Assembly: GCF_000406145.1 (NCBI RefSeq)
Contig: NZ_CM001976.1
Location: 4,244,082-4,276,081, forward strand
Source of the DNA: Dickeya dadantii NCPPB 898
Lineage (GTDB): Bacteria; Pseudomonadota; Gammaproteobacteria; Enterobacterales; Enterobacteriaceae
Direction: 5' to 3'
DNA: 32,000 nt
Shown here: positions 1 to 12,523 of the stretch, in pieces
Numbering within the stretch: position 1 is the first letter of the stretch
Layout: every line of letters begins with the position of its first letter
Translations under genes and position numbers: made by a program
The notes under the pieces: generated by a model
What the model saw: only the letters and a program-made list of their open reading frames with translations
The model's database searches: none
What the model was told of the DNA's origin: nothing

Positions 1-1
1 G

Positions 2-2785
<2,784 letters not shown>

Positions 2786-2819
2786 TTCCTCTTAAGCGGA
2801 TTGTAATTTCTTAGAAAAA

Positions 2820-2854
2820 GAAAACCACGGTAAGCGATGGCTTCCGTGGTTTTC
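2820..2854. terminator. Bidirectional rho-independent terminator between mscM and epmA
   Basis: Perfect 11-bp stem GAAAACCACGG / CCGTGGTTTTC (2820-2830 / 2844-2854). It is flanked by an A-run on one side and a T-run on the other. Confidence 0.8.
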
Positions 2855-2890
2855 TGTCATCCCTAAGTCATTAAGAATGAAAAAGCGATG

Positions 2891-3868
2891 TCAGGCGCGA
2901 TCGACCGTAAACGCCATCACCTCGCCGATAGACTCGGCGTTCAGCGCCATCATCACCAGACGATCAACGCCCAGCGCCACGCCGGAACACGGCGGGATGC
3001 CGGCTTCCAGCGCCGCCAGCAGGTTTTCGTCGATCGGTTGCACCGGCAGGCCGCGTGCCGCGCGCTTGCGGTTATCCTGCTCGAAACGCTGACGCTGCTC
3101 TTTACTGTCGGTCAGTTCGCAGAAACCGTTAGCCAGTTCGATGCCTTTGTAATAGACCTCGAAACGCTCCGCCACCCGGTGATCCTCGGTGCTGATTTCC
3201 GCCAGCGCCGCCTGCGTCGCCGGGAAATGGTAGACAAACGCCGGTTTGTCGCGGCCGATGTGCGGCTCCACGCCAAACGCGAACAGCAGTTGCAGCAGGG
3301 TATCGCGATCCTCTTCCCGGCCGGCGACATCCCCCACGCCGATTTTCTCCGCCGCGTCACGCAGTTGCGCCTTGTCCGCCGACAGCGGATCCACCTCCAG
3401 ATGACGCTGGAACGCCTGCTGATAGGAAAGCATCTCCGCGCTATCGCACTCCAGCACCTGTTGCAGCAGGTCATCCATTTCGTTCATCAGCCGGTACATA
3501 TCGTAGTGCGGGCGATACCACTCCAGCATAGTGAACTCAGGGTTGTGATAACGGCCGGACTCTTCGTTGCGGAAACTGCGGCACAGTTGGTAAATCGGCC
3601 CGCTGCCCGCCGCCAGCAGGCGTTTCATGTGGTATTCCGGGCTGGTCATCAGATACAGCGCCATGCCATCGGCGGCGCCGGGGCCGACAAAGTGGGTCTG
3701 GAACGGGAACAGATGCACATCCGTCACCGTCGCCTGGCTCATGGCCGGCGTTTCCACCTCCAGCACGCCGCGGTCTGAGAAGAAACACCGGATTTCTTTC
3801 ATTATCGACGCCCGCTTCAACAGATTGGCGACAGGGGCGCTGGGCTGCCAACTTGCCGTTTCGCTCAT
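2891..3868 (-). CDS. epmA: EF-P lysine-34 lysyltransferase (PoxA/GenX; LysRS paralogue)
   Basis: 325 aa from the ATG at 3868 ([12 protein letters not shown]...), colinear with E. coli EpmA as I recall it. Class II aaRS core motifs are present ([14 protein letters not shown]). The extra 20 codons in the ORF track have no homologous counterpart. Confidence 0.93.
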   Translation of the reverse strand: MSETASWQPSAPVANLLKRASIMKEIRCFFSDRGVLEVETPAMSQATVTDVHLFPFQTHFVGPGAADGMALYLMTSPEYHMKRLLAAGSGPIYQLCRSFRNEESGRYHNPEFTMLEWYRPHYDMYRLMNEMDDLLQQVLECDSAEMLSYQQAFQRHLEVDPLSADKAQLRDAAEKIGVGDVAGREEDRDTLLQLLFAFGVEPHIGRDKPAFVYHFPATQAALAEISTEDHRVAERFEVYYKGIELANGFCELTDSKEQRQRFEQDNRKRAARGLPVQPIDENLLAALEAGIPPCSGVALGVDRLVMMALNAESIGEVMAFTVDRA

Positions 3869-4131
3869 GATTTCCACTCCACACTCAAACTGGAGGTGCA
3901 GTCTACCCGCATCACCACAACCAGACAAATTTATCCCGCGAAAGGTTTTCCTCTATATTGGCAAGCGACTATTTAGCTTACCTACATTCATAATTACGGT
4001 GCACGATCCTGACCATTCACCTGGTTGCCGTCTTCCCGTAACTTGAATTATTTAGGGTATGAAAGCGTTATTTGCGGATAAATCACAATTTCCGAAATAT
4101 GTCCGTATAGATATTAAAAAACAGCAAAATA

Positions 4132-4173
4132 CTGGATCACATCAAATTTCAGACATCTGCAAATCGCTATAAT
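4132..4173 (+). promoter_or_regulatory. frdABCD promoter: FNR-type site plus -10 TATAAT
   Basis: CTGGATCACATCAAATTTCAGAC (4132-4154) has a perfect ATCAA half-site and a degenerate left half. It resembles the E. coli frdA FNR region as I recall it (..GATC.C.TCAAATTTCAGAC). TATAAT lies at 4168-4173, which puts the site centre near -41 (class II geometry). This implies an AT-rich leader of about 160 nt before the GTG. Confidence 0.5.
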
Positions 4174-4341
4174 CATTTCCATACAAAAAAAGGGTGATTG
4201 ACTCTCTCTTTATAGGTAGTTCGGATATTTTTTCACTCGATTTAATGTCTTGGAAATTAAAACGGAAAATAAGTGACTAGACTGAATTGCATATTATTTT
4301 CTTAATTTAATTTATTTAACTTAAGTAACTGGAGGCATGCA

Positions 4342-6138
4342 GTGCAAACCTTTAATGCCGATTTGGCCATTATCGGGGCCGGGGGAGCAGGTTTACGGGC
4401 CGCGATTGCTGCGGCACAAGCAAATCCCCAACTCAAGATTGCGCTGATTTCCAAAGTCTACCCGATGCGCAGCCACACCGTGGCCGCAGAGGGGGGATCG
4501 GCGGCGGTCACACAAGATCACGATAGCTTCGACTTCCACTTTCACGACACCGTGGCCGGAGGCGACTGGCTGTGTGAACAGGACGTGGTGGACCACTTCG
4601 TGCAACAGTGCCCGCGCGAAATGACCCAGCTTGAACAGTGGGGCTGTCCGTGGAGCCGCAAGCCGGACGGCTCGGTCAACGTGCGCCGTTTCGGCGGGAT
4701 GAAGATCGAACGCACCTGGTTCGCCGCGGATAAAACCGGCTTCCACATGCTGCACACCCTGTTCCAGACCTCGCTGAAATACCCGCAGATTCAGCGTTTC
4801 GACGAGCATTTCGTACTGGATATTCTGGTGGATGACGGGCACGCCCGCGGGGTCGTCGCCATCAACATGATGGAAGGGTCGCTGATTCAGATTCGCGCCA
4901 ACGCCATCGTGATGGCTACCGGCGGCGCCGGTCGCGTCTATCGCTACAACACCAACGGCGGCATCGTTACCGGCGACGGCATGGGCATGGCCTTCCGCCA
5001 CGGCGTACCGCTGCGCGACATGGAATTCGTACAGTACCACCCTACCGGCCTGCCGGGTTCCGGTATTCTGATGACCGAAGGCTGCCGCGGTGAAGGCGGT
5101 ATCATGGTCAACAAAGACGGCTACCGCTATCTGCAAGACTACGGCCTCGGGCCGGAAACGCCGCTGGGCGAGCCGAAAAACAAATACATGGAACTGGGGC
5201 CGCGCGATAAAGTGTCGCAGGCTTTCTGGCACGAATGGCGCGCCGGGCGCACCGTGCCCACCCCGCTGGGCGACGTGGTCTACCTCGACCTACGCCATCT
5301 GGGCGAGAAGAAACTGAAAGAACGTCTGCCGTTCATTTGCGAACTGGCGAAAGCCTACGTCGGCGTCGACCCGGTGAAAGAGCCGATTCCGATTCGCCCC
5401 ACCGCGCACTACACCATGGGCGGCATCGAAACCGATCAGCAGTGTGAAACCCGTATTCAGGGCCTGTTCGCCGTCGGCGAATGTTCGTCCGTCGGTCTGC
5501 ACGGCGCCAATCGTCTCGGTTCCAACTCGCTGGCGGAACTGGTGGTGTTCGGCCGCGTCGCCGGTGAAAAAGCAGTGGAACGCTCGCAGTCCGCAGCGCC
5601 GGCCAACGCCAGCGCGCTGGATGCGCAGGCCAATGACGTGGAGCAGCGCCTGCACGCATTGATGAAGCAGGAAGGCACCGAAAGCTGGGCCAAAATCCGC
5701 GACGAAATGGGGCTGTCAATGGAAGAAGGCTGCGGTATTTACCGCACCACCGACCTGATGCAGAAAACCGTCGACAAACTGGCGGAACTGAAAGAGCGCT
5801 TCAAGCGCGTGAAGATCACCGACCGCTCCAGCGTGTTCAACACCGATCTGCTCTACACCATCGAACTGGGCCACAGTCTGGACGTTGCCGAGTGTATGGC
5901 GCATTCCGCCATCAACCGCAAAGAGTCACGCGGTGCGCATCAGCGTCTGGACGAAGGCTGCACCGAGCGTGACGACGTCAACTTCCTGAAGCACACGCTG
6001 GCGTTTTATAACCCGGAAGGCGCGCCTCGCCTGGAATACAGCGATGTGAAGATCACCAAGCTGCCGCCGGCGAAACGCGTTTACGGCGCCGAAGCGGAAG
6101 CTCAGGAGAAAAACAAGAAGGAGCAAGCGAATGGCTGA
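4342..6138 (+). CDS. frdA: Fumarate reductase flavoprotein subunit
   Basis: GTG start preceded by GGAGG. 598 aa, near-identical in layout to E. coli FrdA. FAD motif [12 protein letters not shown] and covalent-FAD His region SHTVAAEGG are present. Confidence 0.97.
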   Translation: MQTFNADLAIIGAGGAGLRAAIAAAQANPQLKIALISKVYPMRSHTVAAEGGSAAVTQDHDSFDFHFHDTVAGGDWLCEQDVVDHFVQQCPREMTQLEQWGCPWSRKPDGSVNVRRFGGMKIERTWFAADKTGFHMLHTLFQTSLKYPQIQRFDEHFVLDILVDDGHARGVVAINMMEGSLIQIRANAIVMATGGAGRVYRYNTNGGIVTGDGMGMAFRHGVPLRDMEFVQYHPTGLPGSGILMTEGCRGEGGIMVNKDGYRYLQDYGLGPETPLGEPKNKYMELGPRDKVSQAFWHEWRAGRTVPTPLGDVVYLDLRHLGEKKLKERLPFICELAKAYVGVDPVKEPIPIRPTAHYTMGGIETDQQCETRIQGLFAVGECSSVGLHGANRLGSNSLAELVVFGRVAGEKAVERSQSAAPANASALDAQANDVEQRLHALMKQEGTESWAKIRDEMGLSMEEGCGIYRTTDLMQKTVDKLAELKERFKRVKITDRSSVFNTDLLYTIELGHSLDVAECMAHSAINRKESRGAHQRLDEGCTERDDVNFLKHTLAFYNPEGAPRLEYSDVKITKLPPAKRVYGAEAEAQEKNKKEQANG

Positions 6139-6865
6139 TATGCAAACCCTGAAAATGGAAGTCATGCGCTATAACCCGGAGCAGGATAACGCCCCGCACT
6201 TCGAAACCTACGACGTGCCGTATACCCGCGAAACCTCGCTGCTCGATGCGCTGGGCTACATCAAGGACAACCTGGCGCCGGACCTGTCTTACCGCTGGTC
6301 CTGCCGCATGGCGATTTGCGGCTCCTGCGGCATGATGGTCAACAACGTGCCGAAGCTGGCCTGTAAAACCTTCCTGCGCGACTACACGGCCGGCATGAAG
6401 ATCGAAGCGCTGGGTAACTTCCCGATCGAACGCGATCTGGTGGTGGACATGACCCACTTCATCGAAAGTCTGGAAGCCATCAAGCCGTACATCATCGGCA
6501 ACAACCGCACGCCGGATCAGGGCCCGAACAAACAGACGCCGGCTCAGATGGCGAAATACCATCAGTTCTCAGGCTGCATCAACTGCGGGCTGTGCTACGC
6601 CGCCTGCCCGCAGTTCGGCCTGAACCCGGAGTTCATCGGTCCCGCCGCCATCACGCTGGCGCACCGTTACAACCTGGACAACCGCGACCACGGCAAGAAA
6701 GAGCGTATGGCGCAGTTGAACAGCGACAACGGCGTCTGGTCCTGTACTTTCGTGGGTTACTGCTCCGAAGTGTGTCCGAAGCACGTCGATCCGGCGGCGG
6801 CTATCCAGCAGGGTAAGGTGGAAAGCGCCAAAGACTTCATGATCGCCATGCTGAGACCACAATAA
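6131..6865 (+). CDS. frdB: Fumarate reductase iron-sulfur subunit
   Basis: 244 aa. Cys clusters [22 protein letters not shown] and [12 protein letters not shown] are present. It overlaps the frdA stop by 8 nt, and AAGGAG lies upstream. Confidence 0.97.
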   Translation: MADMQTLKMEVMRYNPEQDNAPHFETYDVPYTRETSLLDALGYIKDNLAPDLSYRWSCRMAICGSCGMMVNNVPKLACKTFLRDYTAGMKIEALGNFPIERDLVVDMTHFIESLEAIKPYIIGNNRTPDQGPNKQTPAQMAKYHQFSGCINCGLCYAACPQFGLNPEFIGPAAITLAHRYNLDNRDHGKKERMAQLNSDNGVWSCTFVGYCSEVCPKHVDPAAAIQQGKVESAKDFMIAMLRPQ

Positions 6866-6877
6866 GGGAGGCAACAA

Positions 6878-7273
6878 ATGATCACCAAACGTAAAGCGTA
6901 TGTCCGTGGCATGACGCCCACCTGGTGGCAGAAGCTCGGTTTCTACCGTTTCTATATGCTGCGCGAAGGCACTGCGGTGCCCGCCGTCTGGTTCAGCATC
7001 GTGCTGCTGCATGGCGTGTTTTCGCTCAAAGCCGGCCCGGAAGGCTGGAGCCAGTTTGTCGGCTTCCTGCAAAACCCGCTGGTACTGTTGCTCAACATCA
7101 TCGCCTTGCTGGCGGCGGTGTTGCACACCAAGACCTGGTTCGATTTGGCGCCGAAGGCCGCCATCATCATCGTAAAAGATGAAAAAATGGGGCCGGAGCC
7201 GATCGTTAAAGGACTGTGGGCGGCCGCTGTGGTCATCACGCTGGCGGTGCTGGCCATCGCCTTGCTGTTCTGA
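6878..7273 (+). CDS. frdC: Fumarate reductase membrane anchor subunit C
   Basis: 131 aa, colinear with E. coli FrdC ([33 protein letters not shown]). RBS is GGGAGG. Confidence 0.95.
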   Translation: MITKRKAYVRGMTPTWWQKLGFYRFYMLREGTAVPAVWFSIVLLHGVFSLKAGPEGWSQFVGFLQNPLVLLLNIIALLAAVLHTKTWFDLAPKAAIIIVKDEKMGPEPIVKGLWAAAVVITLAVLAIALLF

Positions 7274-7287
7274 ACAGGAGGAATCTC

Positions 7288-7644
7288 GTGATTAATCAAC
7301 AACCCAAACGTTCCGATGAACCACCGTTCTGGGGCCTGTTCGGCGCCGGCGGCATGTGGTGCGCCATGTTCGCGCCGGTTATCATCCTGCTGGTGGGCGT
7401 GCTGCTGCCGCTCGGTCTGTTCCCGCAGGCGCTGACCTACGATCGCATCGCCGCGTTCAGTCATAGCCTGATTGGCCGCGTGTTTCTGCTGCTGATGATC
7501 GTGCTGCCGCTGTGGCTCGGCCTGCACCGCATCCACCACGCCATGCACGACCTGAAAATCCATGTGCCGGCCGGTAAATGGGTGTTCTACGGTCTGGCGG
7601 CGATCCTGTCGGTGGTGACCGTCATCGGCGTCGTGACGCTGTAA
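7288..7644 (+). CDS. frdD: Fumarate reductase membrane anchor subunit D
   Basis: GTG at 7288 preceded by AGGAGG. The product [24 protein letters not shown]... matches the E. coli FrdD N-terminus. The track ORF start at 7216 overlaps frdC and is an upstream extension. Confidence 0.9.
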   Translation: MINQQPKRSDEPPFWGLFGAGGMWCAMFAPVIILLVGVLLPLGLFPQALTYDRIAAFSHSLIGRVFLLLMIVLPLWLGLHRIHHAMHDLKIHVPAGKWVFYGLAAILSVVTVIGVVTL

Positions 7645-7665
7645 GGCGCTACCCACGTCTGCACC

Positions 7666-7696
7666 AACGGCCTGCCTGCGCAGGCCGTTATGCTTT
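7666..7696 (+). terminator. frd operon terminator
   Basis: 9-bp stem AACGGCCTG / CAGGCCGTT (7666-7674 / 7681-7689), followed by ATGCTTT. Confidence 0.7.
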
Positions 7697-7800
7697 GGGC
7701 CAGCCCCACGTCAGGCTTTATCCCTCAGCTTTTCATTGCATCTTCGCCTAGCCCTTTCTACCTTTAAAGTCGTGTTCGGACTGAAAAGGGATCACCCGCC

Positions 7801-8322
7801 ATGACATACTGGCGCGTCATATTCACCACCGCCGTTGCGCTGTTTTCCGTTGCCTGCAGCACCACGCCGCCGCGGGGCGTTCAGGTCGTGGACAACTTCG
7901 AACTCTCCCGCTATATGGGAACCTGGTATGAAATCGCCCGACTGGACAACCGTTTCGAGCGCGGTCTGGAGCAGGTCACCGCCACCTACAGCCCGCGGGA
8001 GGACGGCGGCATCACCGTGGTTAACCGCGGTTTCGACCCGGTTAAGCGGGTCTGGCGCGAAAGTATCGGCAAGGGCTACTTCACCGGCTCGCCGCAACGT
8101 GCCGCACTGAAAGTGTCGTTCTTCGGGCCGTTTTATGGCGGTTATAACGTAATTGCGCTGGACAGCGATTATCGTTACGCGCTGGTGTGCGGGCCAAACC
8201 GAGATTATCTCTGGATTCTGTCCCGCACGCCTGAAATCAATCATCTCGTCAGGCAGGCGCTGCTGGCGACCGCCCAACGCAATGGTTTTCAGACGGACAA
8301 CTTAATCTGGGCTCGCCCTTAA
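7801..8322 (+). CDS. blc: Outer-membrane lipocalin lipoprotein
   Basis: 173 aa with lipobox LFSVAC. It carries the lipocalin signature YMGTWYEIARLDNRFERGLE and the conserved block ALKVSFFGPFYGGYNVIALD, as in E. coli Blc. Confidence 0.93.
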   Translation: MTYWRVIFTTAVALFSVACSTTPPRGVQVVDNFELSRYMGTWYEIARLDNRFERGLEQVTATYSPREDGGITVVNRGFDPVKRVWRESIGKGYFTGSPQRAALKVSFFGPFYGGYNVIALDSDYRYALVCGPNRDYLWILSRTPEINHLVRQALLATAQRNGFQTDNLIWARP

Positions 8323-8426
8323 TCTGGGTGAATCCGTTCGCCGGTTTAGGGAAATAATCTGGTTAGTCAAAACAGCTCAGGAAATAAATAAAACAGCGTT
8401 TCGATATTATTGTTTCCTGCAACAGC

Positions 8427-8475
8427 AAACCGGTTCACCCGGTTTATTTTCAGCCGTGTGAACCGGCGGTTTTTA
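8427..8475. terminator. Terminator region between blc and the DUF486 gene, with two overlapping alternative hairpins
   Basis: Hairpin 1 is AAACCGG ttcac CCGGTTT followed by ATTTT (8427-8450). An alternative 9-bp stem CCGGTTCAC / GTGAACCGG (8430-8438 / 8458-8466) is followed by CGGTTTTTA. Confidence 0.6.
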
Positions 8476-8497
8476 TGAAATATCGTTACGCGATGGG

Positions 8498-8851
8498 TCA
8501 ACCCATAATTTTGTCGCGGAACATAAAGAATACCGCGCCCAGCAGACACAAACCGGCCCAAATATAGTCGGTGCGGAATGGTTCTTTGAGAATAATCATC
8601 GAGAAAGGAATAAACACCGACAGGCTGATCACTTCCTGCAAAATTTTCAGTTGCCCGGCCGACGCTACCTGATAACCGATACGGTTGGCCGGCACCTGCA
8701 ACAGGTATTCAAACAGCGCGATCCCCCAGCTGACCAACGCCGCCACCATCCAGGTTCGGCCGCTGAAATAGCGAAGATGCCCATACCAGGCAAAGGTCAT
8801 GAATACATTACTGAGGGTCAGCATGAAAACGGTAATAATCAGTGGGGACAT
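8498..8851 (-). CDS. Small DMT-superfamily membrane protein (DUF486 family)
   Basis: 117 aa from the ATG at 8851, with AAGGAG 7 nt upstream. It has four hydrophobic helices and the family-typical N-terminus LSNVFMTFAWYGHLRYF. The track start at 8869 lacks an RBS. Confidence 0.8.
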   Translation of the reverse strand: MSPLIITVFMLTLSNVFMTFAWYGHLRYFSGRTWMVAALVSWGIALFEYLLQVPANRIGYQVASAGQLKILQEVISLSVFIPFSMIILKEPFRTDYIWAGLCLLGAVFFMFRDKIMG

Positions 8852-8967
8852 AGCGATCTCCTTAACCAAGACGCGGCATTATTACGTCAGGCGGGAGAAA
8901 ATACCATCAGGCAACGCTCAGCTTGTGTGAGAGAATTTTTCAGGCGGGATATCAAGGGCATTGCAAC

Positions 8968-8996
8968 GCGTAAACCGCCCGACGGGCAGTTTACGC
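8968..8996 (-). terminator. Hairpin downstream of efp
   Basis: Long interrupted stem GCGTAAAC-c-GCCCG-a-CGGGC-a-GTTTACGC, 11 nt after the efp stop. There is no clear U-tract, so function as an intrinsic terminator is uncertain. Confidence 0.5.
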
Positions 8997-9006
8997 GCCG
9001 GGAAGA

Positions 9007-9573
9007 TTACTTCACGCGGGAGACGTATTCGCCGGAGCGGGTGTCAACCTTAATCACTTCGCCGATCTGGACGAACAGCGGCACTTTTACCACCGCGCCG
9101 GTAGACAGCGTGGCCGGCTTGCCGCCAGTACCAGCGGTGTCGCCTTTCAGGCCCGGATCGGTTTCGGTGATTTCAGCTTCGATAAAGTTCGGCGGCTGAA
9201 CGGCGATCGGTCGACCGTCCCACAGGGTAACGATACATTCGGCGTTATCCTGCAACCATTTAGCGGAATCACTCACGGTTTTCGCTTCAACCTGATGCTG
9301 CTCAAAGGTTTCAGGGTGCATGAAATGGAAGAACTCACCGTCGTTATACAGGTAGGTCATGTTGGTATCCACCACGTCGGCACCTTCCGCCGAGTCGGTA
9401 GACTTGAAGGTTTTCTCAACGCGGGTGCCCGTCAACAGACGACGCATTTTGACGCGAGCAAAAGCCTGGCCTTTACCCGGTTTCACAAATTCACTGGATT
9501 CGATGGCATACGGCTCGCCCTCGAACATGATTTTAAGACCGGAGCGGAAATCGTTGCTAAAATAAGTCGCCAT
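9007..9573 (-). CDS. efp: Translation elongation factor P
   Basis: 188 aa, [22 protein letters not shown]... The modification loop is KPGKGQAF (Lys34). Confidence 0.98.
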   Translation of the reverse strand: MATYFSNDFRSGLKIMFEGEPYAIESSEFVKPGKGQAFARVKMRRLLTGTRVEKTFKSTDSAEGADVVDTNMTYLYNDGEFFHFMHPETFEQHQVEAKTVSDSAKWLQDNAECIVTLWDGRPIAVQPPNFIEAEITETDPGLKGDTAGTGGKPATLSTGAVVKVPLFVQIGEVIKVDTRSGEYVSRVK

Positions 9574-9612
9574 AATGGCCCTCTACATTAATACTGGTAC
9601 TTAGCCAAAAAA

Positions 9613-10656
9613 ATGGCACACATTGTAACCCTAAATATACCTTCCCGAGAAGATTGGTTGCAGCAACTCACCGACGTTATTACCGATCCTGATGAATTGC
9701 TGCGACTTCTGGCGCTGGATACCCATCCGCAACTGAGCGCCGGGCGCGATGCCCGCAAACTGTTTCCGCTGCGGGTGCCGCGCGCGTTTGCCGCGCGTAT
9801 GCGCCCCGGCGACGCCCGCGATCCGCTGCTGTTGCAGGTGCTGACCGCGCAGGACGAGTTCATCGTCACCCCCGGCTTCAGCCACGATCCGCTGGACGAA
9901 CAGCACAGCGTGGTGCCCGGACTGCTGCACAAATACCACAATCGCGCACTGCTGCTGGTGAAGGGCGGGTGCGCGGTCAACTGCCGTTACTGTTTCCGCC
10001 GCCATTTTCCTTATCAGGATAACCAGGGCAACAAGGCCAACTGGCGTCAGGCGCTGGATTACATTCGCCAGCAGCCGCAACTGGACGAAATCATCTTTTC
10101 CGGCGGCGATCCGCTGATGGCCAAGGATCATGAGCTGGACTGGCTGCTGAACGAACTGGAACAGATTCCCCACCTGAAGCGGCTGCGCATCCACACCCGC
10201 CTGCCGGTGGTGATTCCGGCGCGCATCACCGCTGAACTCTGCCAGCGGCTGGCGCAATCGTCGCTGCGCGTGGTGCTGGTGACCCATATCAACCATGCCA
10301 ACGAAATCGACGCCGAATTCACCGACAGTATGGCACGTTTGCGCCGCGCAGGCGTGACGCTGCTCAATCAAAGCGTATTGCTGCGGGGCGTCAACGATAA
10401 CGCCGATACGCTGGCGGCGCTCAGCAACGCGTTGTTCGACGCCGGCATTCTACCCTATTACCTGCATGTGCTGGACAAGGTACAGGGCGCGGCGCACTTT
10501 CTGGTGCCGGACGACGAAGCGCGAGCGCTGATCAGGGAATTGATGACGCAGGTATCAGGCTATCTGGTGCCAAGCCTGACAAGGGAAATCGGCGGCGAAG
10601 CCAGCAAGACGCTGCTGGATATCGGAATGCCGCAACGGCAGGAAAATCAGAACTGA
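9613..10656 (+). CDS. epmB: EF-P beta-lysylation protein, lysine 2,3-aminomutase (radical SAM)
   Basis: 347 aa, MAHIVTLN.PSREDW... The radical-SAM motif is CAVNCRYCFRR. It is divergent from efp, as in E. coli. Confidence 0.95.
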   Translation: MAHIVTLNIPSREDWLQQLTDVITDPDELLRLLALDTHPQLSAGRDARKLFPLRVPRAFAARMRPGDARDPLLLQVLTAQDEFIVTPGFSHDPLDEQHSVVPGLLHKYHNRALLLVKGGCAVNCRYCFRRHFPYQDNQGNKANWRQALDYIRQQPQLDEIIFSGGDPLMAKDHELDWLLNELEQIPHLKRLRIHTRLPVVIPARITAELCQRLAQSSLRVVLVTHINHANEIDAEFTDSMARLRRAGVTLLNQSVLLRGVNDNADTLAALSNALFDAGILPYYLHVLDKVQGAAHFLVPDDEARALIRELMTQVSGYLVPSLTREIGGEASKTLLDIGMPQRQENQN

Positions 10657-10660
10657 GGCG

Positions 10661-10686
10661 CCGCCAGCGTCACGCGACGCTGGCGG
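10661..10686. terminator. Bidirectional terminator hairpin between epmB and yjeI
   Basis: Perfect 10-bp stem CCGCCAGCGT / ACGCTGGCGG with a 6-nt loop. Confidence 0.7.
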
Positions 10687-10695
10687 TCTTCGACA

Positions 10696-11040
10696 TCAGG
10701 GGCACTTGTAAACCTGACCCTGCATCTTGCTGTCCAGCGGCGCGAAGCTGGACAGGAACGTCTGGCTCGGCGTGGTCGCACCATAAATCACGTTGCCGCC
10801 CATCGCCGCCGCTTTATTGCGCAGGTCGTTCGCCGCACCACGCATTGAACTGCCTTCGTTGCCGCCGCCCGACAGCCAGTTGGACTGCGTGCCGGTGATG
10901 TTGCCCAACAGCTGGCATTGCGCCGCCGGTTTACTGTCAGTAAAACGCACCGCCTGACCGGCAGCACTGAGTTCGTTGCTGGTGCTGCATCCCGCCAGCA
11001 AGGCGACGGCAGCCAATCCCATCAGAATACGAGTCCGCAT
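10696..11040 (-). CDS. yjeI: Small lipoprotein, YjeI/DUF4156 family
   Basis: 114 aa from the ATG at 11040 (MRTRILMGLAAVALLAGCSTSNELSAAGQ...). It has lipobox LLAGC and the conserved blocks QSNWLSG, SMRGAANDLRN.AAAMGGNVIYG and GQVYKCP. The 47 upstream codons in the track are an extension. Confidence 0.85.
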   Translation of the reverse strand: MRTRILMGLAAVALLAGCSTSNELSAAGQAVRFTDSKPAAQCQLLGNITGTQSNWLSGGGNEGSSMRGAANDLRNKAAAMGGNVIYGATTPSQTFLSSFAPLDSKMQGQVYKCP

Positions 11041-11306
11041 GCTTCTCTCCGTGATAGTCGATACACTGGCCGAAGCCGGGCTACCCCGACCCGACAATCG
11101 AAAACTTATGCCAAAACAGGCCCATGTTACCACCATCGGGGTTGCAATTACCGGATAAACGACAACAATTTCTGTTGCCATGACGCTCTCTAACCATGAC
11201 GATGATCACGCCCGGTTTCACATCGGCGGGCGCAGGATTGTCGTGCTCGACCTCGGGGCAGTCGTTGCGACCGAAGCATTTTCCCTTCACCAACAGGATA
11301 TATCTC

Positions 11307-12443
11307 ATGCAAAGGACGTATCAGCTATTTCGCCGGATATCGCTTGCCGCCTGTCTGATGACCGCCACAATCAGCCAGGTCGGCGCCCATACCGTTTCAC
11401 CGGTTACCGCTAATGCGATGGCCACTACCCGCGCTATCTACAACTGGATGGCGCACCTGCCGAATCGCAGCGACTCTCGCCTGCTCTCCGGCGCGTTTGG
11501 CGGTTACGCCAATATCGGCGGCGATGACGCCTTCTCGCTGACCGAAGCGGAGAACATCGCCGCCCGCACCGGCCAGTATCCGGCCATCTACGCCTGCGAC
11601 TACGCGCGCGGCTGGGACAGAACCTCGGCGGGTAACGAGGCGGACCTGGTGGATTACAGTTGTAACAGCACGCTGATCGACTACTGGAAAAAAGGCGGTC
11701 TGGTGCAAATCAGCCATCATCTGCCCAACCCGGTCTTTGCCGGCAATGACCCCGGCACCGGCGAAGGCGGGCTGAAAAAAGCGGTCAGCAACGAGCAACT
11801 GGCTGCCGTGCTACAGTCAGGAACGCCGGAGCGTACCCGCTGGCTGGCTATTCTGGACAAGGTCGCGGCCGGGCTGGCACAGTTGCAACAGCAGGGCGTG
11901 GTGGTGCTGTACCGTCCGCTGCACGAAATGAACGGCGAATGGTTCTGGTGGGGCGCCACCGGCTACAACACCCATGACACCACGCGGATGAGCCTGTATA
12001 TCCGCCTGTACCGCGACATCTATACCTATTTCACCCAGACTAAAGGGTTGAACAACCTGCTGTGGGTGTACGCGCCGGACGCCAACCGTCAGGACAAGAC
12101 CGGCTTCTACCCCGGTGACGCTTATGTGGATATCGCCGGGCTGGACATGTATCTGGACAATCCGGCCAATCTCAGCGGTTACGACGAGATGCTGCGGTTG
12201 AACAAGCCATTCGCCTTAACCGAGGTCGGCCCGTCCACCACCAACCAGCAGTTTGATTACGCCCGTCTGGTCAGCATCATCAAAAGCAATTTCCCCAAAA
12301 CCGTCTATTTCCTGCCCTGGAATAACGTATGGGGCCCGGTGAAAAATCTGAATGCTTCCGCCGCCTACAACGACAGCAGCGTCGTTAATCGGGGCGGTAT
12401 CTGGAACGGCAGCCAGTTGACGCCGATTGTCGAAGCCAACTGA
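11307..12443 (+). CDS. Secreted glycoside hydrolase family 26 (endo-beta-1,4-mannanase-like)
   Basis: 378 aa from the ATG at 11307 (AGGA 8 nt upstream). The Sec signal peptide is MQRTYQLFRRISLAACLMTATISQVGA. GH26 catalytic motifs are present: acid/base YRPLHEMNGEWFWWG and nucleophile PFALTEVGP. Confidence 0.8.
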   Translation: MQRTYQLFRRISLAACLMTATISQVGAHTVSPVTANAMATTRAIYNWMAHLPNRSDSRLLSGAFGGYANIGGDDAFSLTEAENIAARTGQYPAIYACDYARGWDRTSAGNEADLVDYSCNSTLIDYWKKGGLVQISHHLPNPVFAGNDPGTGEGGLKKAVSNEQLAAVLQSGTPERTRWLAILDKVAAGLAQLQQQGVVVLYRPLHEMNGEWFWWGATGYNTHDTTRMSLYIRLYRDIYTYFTQTKGLNNLLWVYAPDANRQDKTGFYPGDAYVDIAGLDMYLDNPANLSGYDEMLRLNKPFALTEVGPSTTNQQFDYARLVSIIKSNFPKTVYFLPWNNVWGPVKNLNASAAYNDSSVVNRGGIWNGSQLTPIVEAN

Positions 12444-12502
12444 TGCTATAAAAGCTGATGTTATAACAATTAATGTTATACAAACCAATGCCATAAACAA
12501 CA
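12443..12502. repeat. Four imperfect 15-nt tandem repeats (ATGYYATAAMAAnnn)
   Basis: The copies are atgctataaaagctg / atgttataacaatta / atgttatacaaacca / atgccataaacaaca. The array starts at the last base of the GH26 stop codon. Confidence 0.7.
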
Positions 12503-12523
12503 GGCCCCGAAATCGGGGCCTGT
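12500..12523. terminator. Bidirectional terminator between the GH26 gene and pgi
   Basis: Perfect 10-bp stem ACAGGCCCCG aaat CGGGGCCTGT. It is followed by TTGTTTAT on the pgi strand. Confidence 0.8.

Noticed and set aside
4180-4341. Long AT-rich frdA leader, including a TACCTAT (NarL-heptamer-like) sequence on the minus strand at 4212-4218.
   Set aside because: A single 7-mer match in AT-rich DNA is expected by chance. I cannot verify its orientation or position against the E. coli NarL sites from memory, so it is not called as a feature.
7645-7800. Searched for ampC or an ampC remnant between frdD and blc.
   Set aside because: The spacer is only 156 bp, holding the frd terminator and a short blc upstream region. 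There is no ORF or pseudogene fragment. Absence of a chromosomal ampC is common in Enterobacterales.
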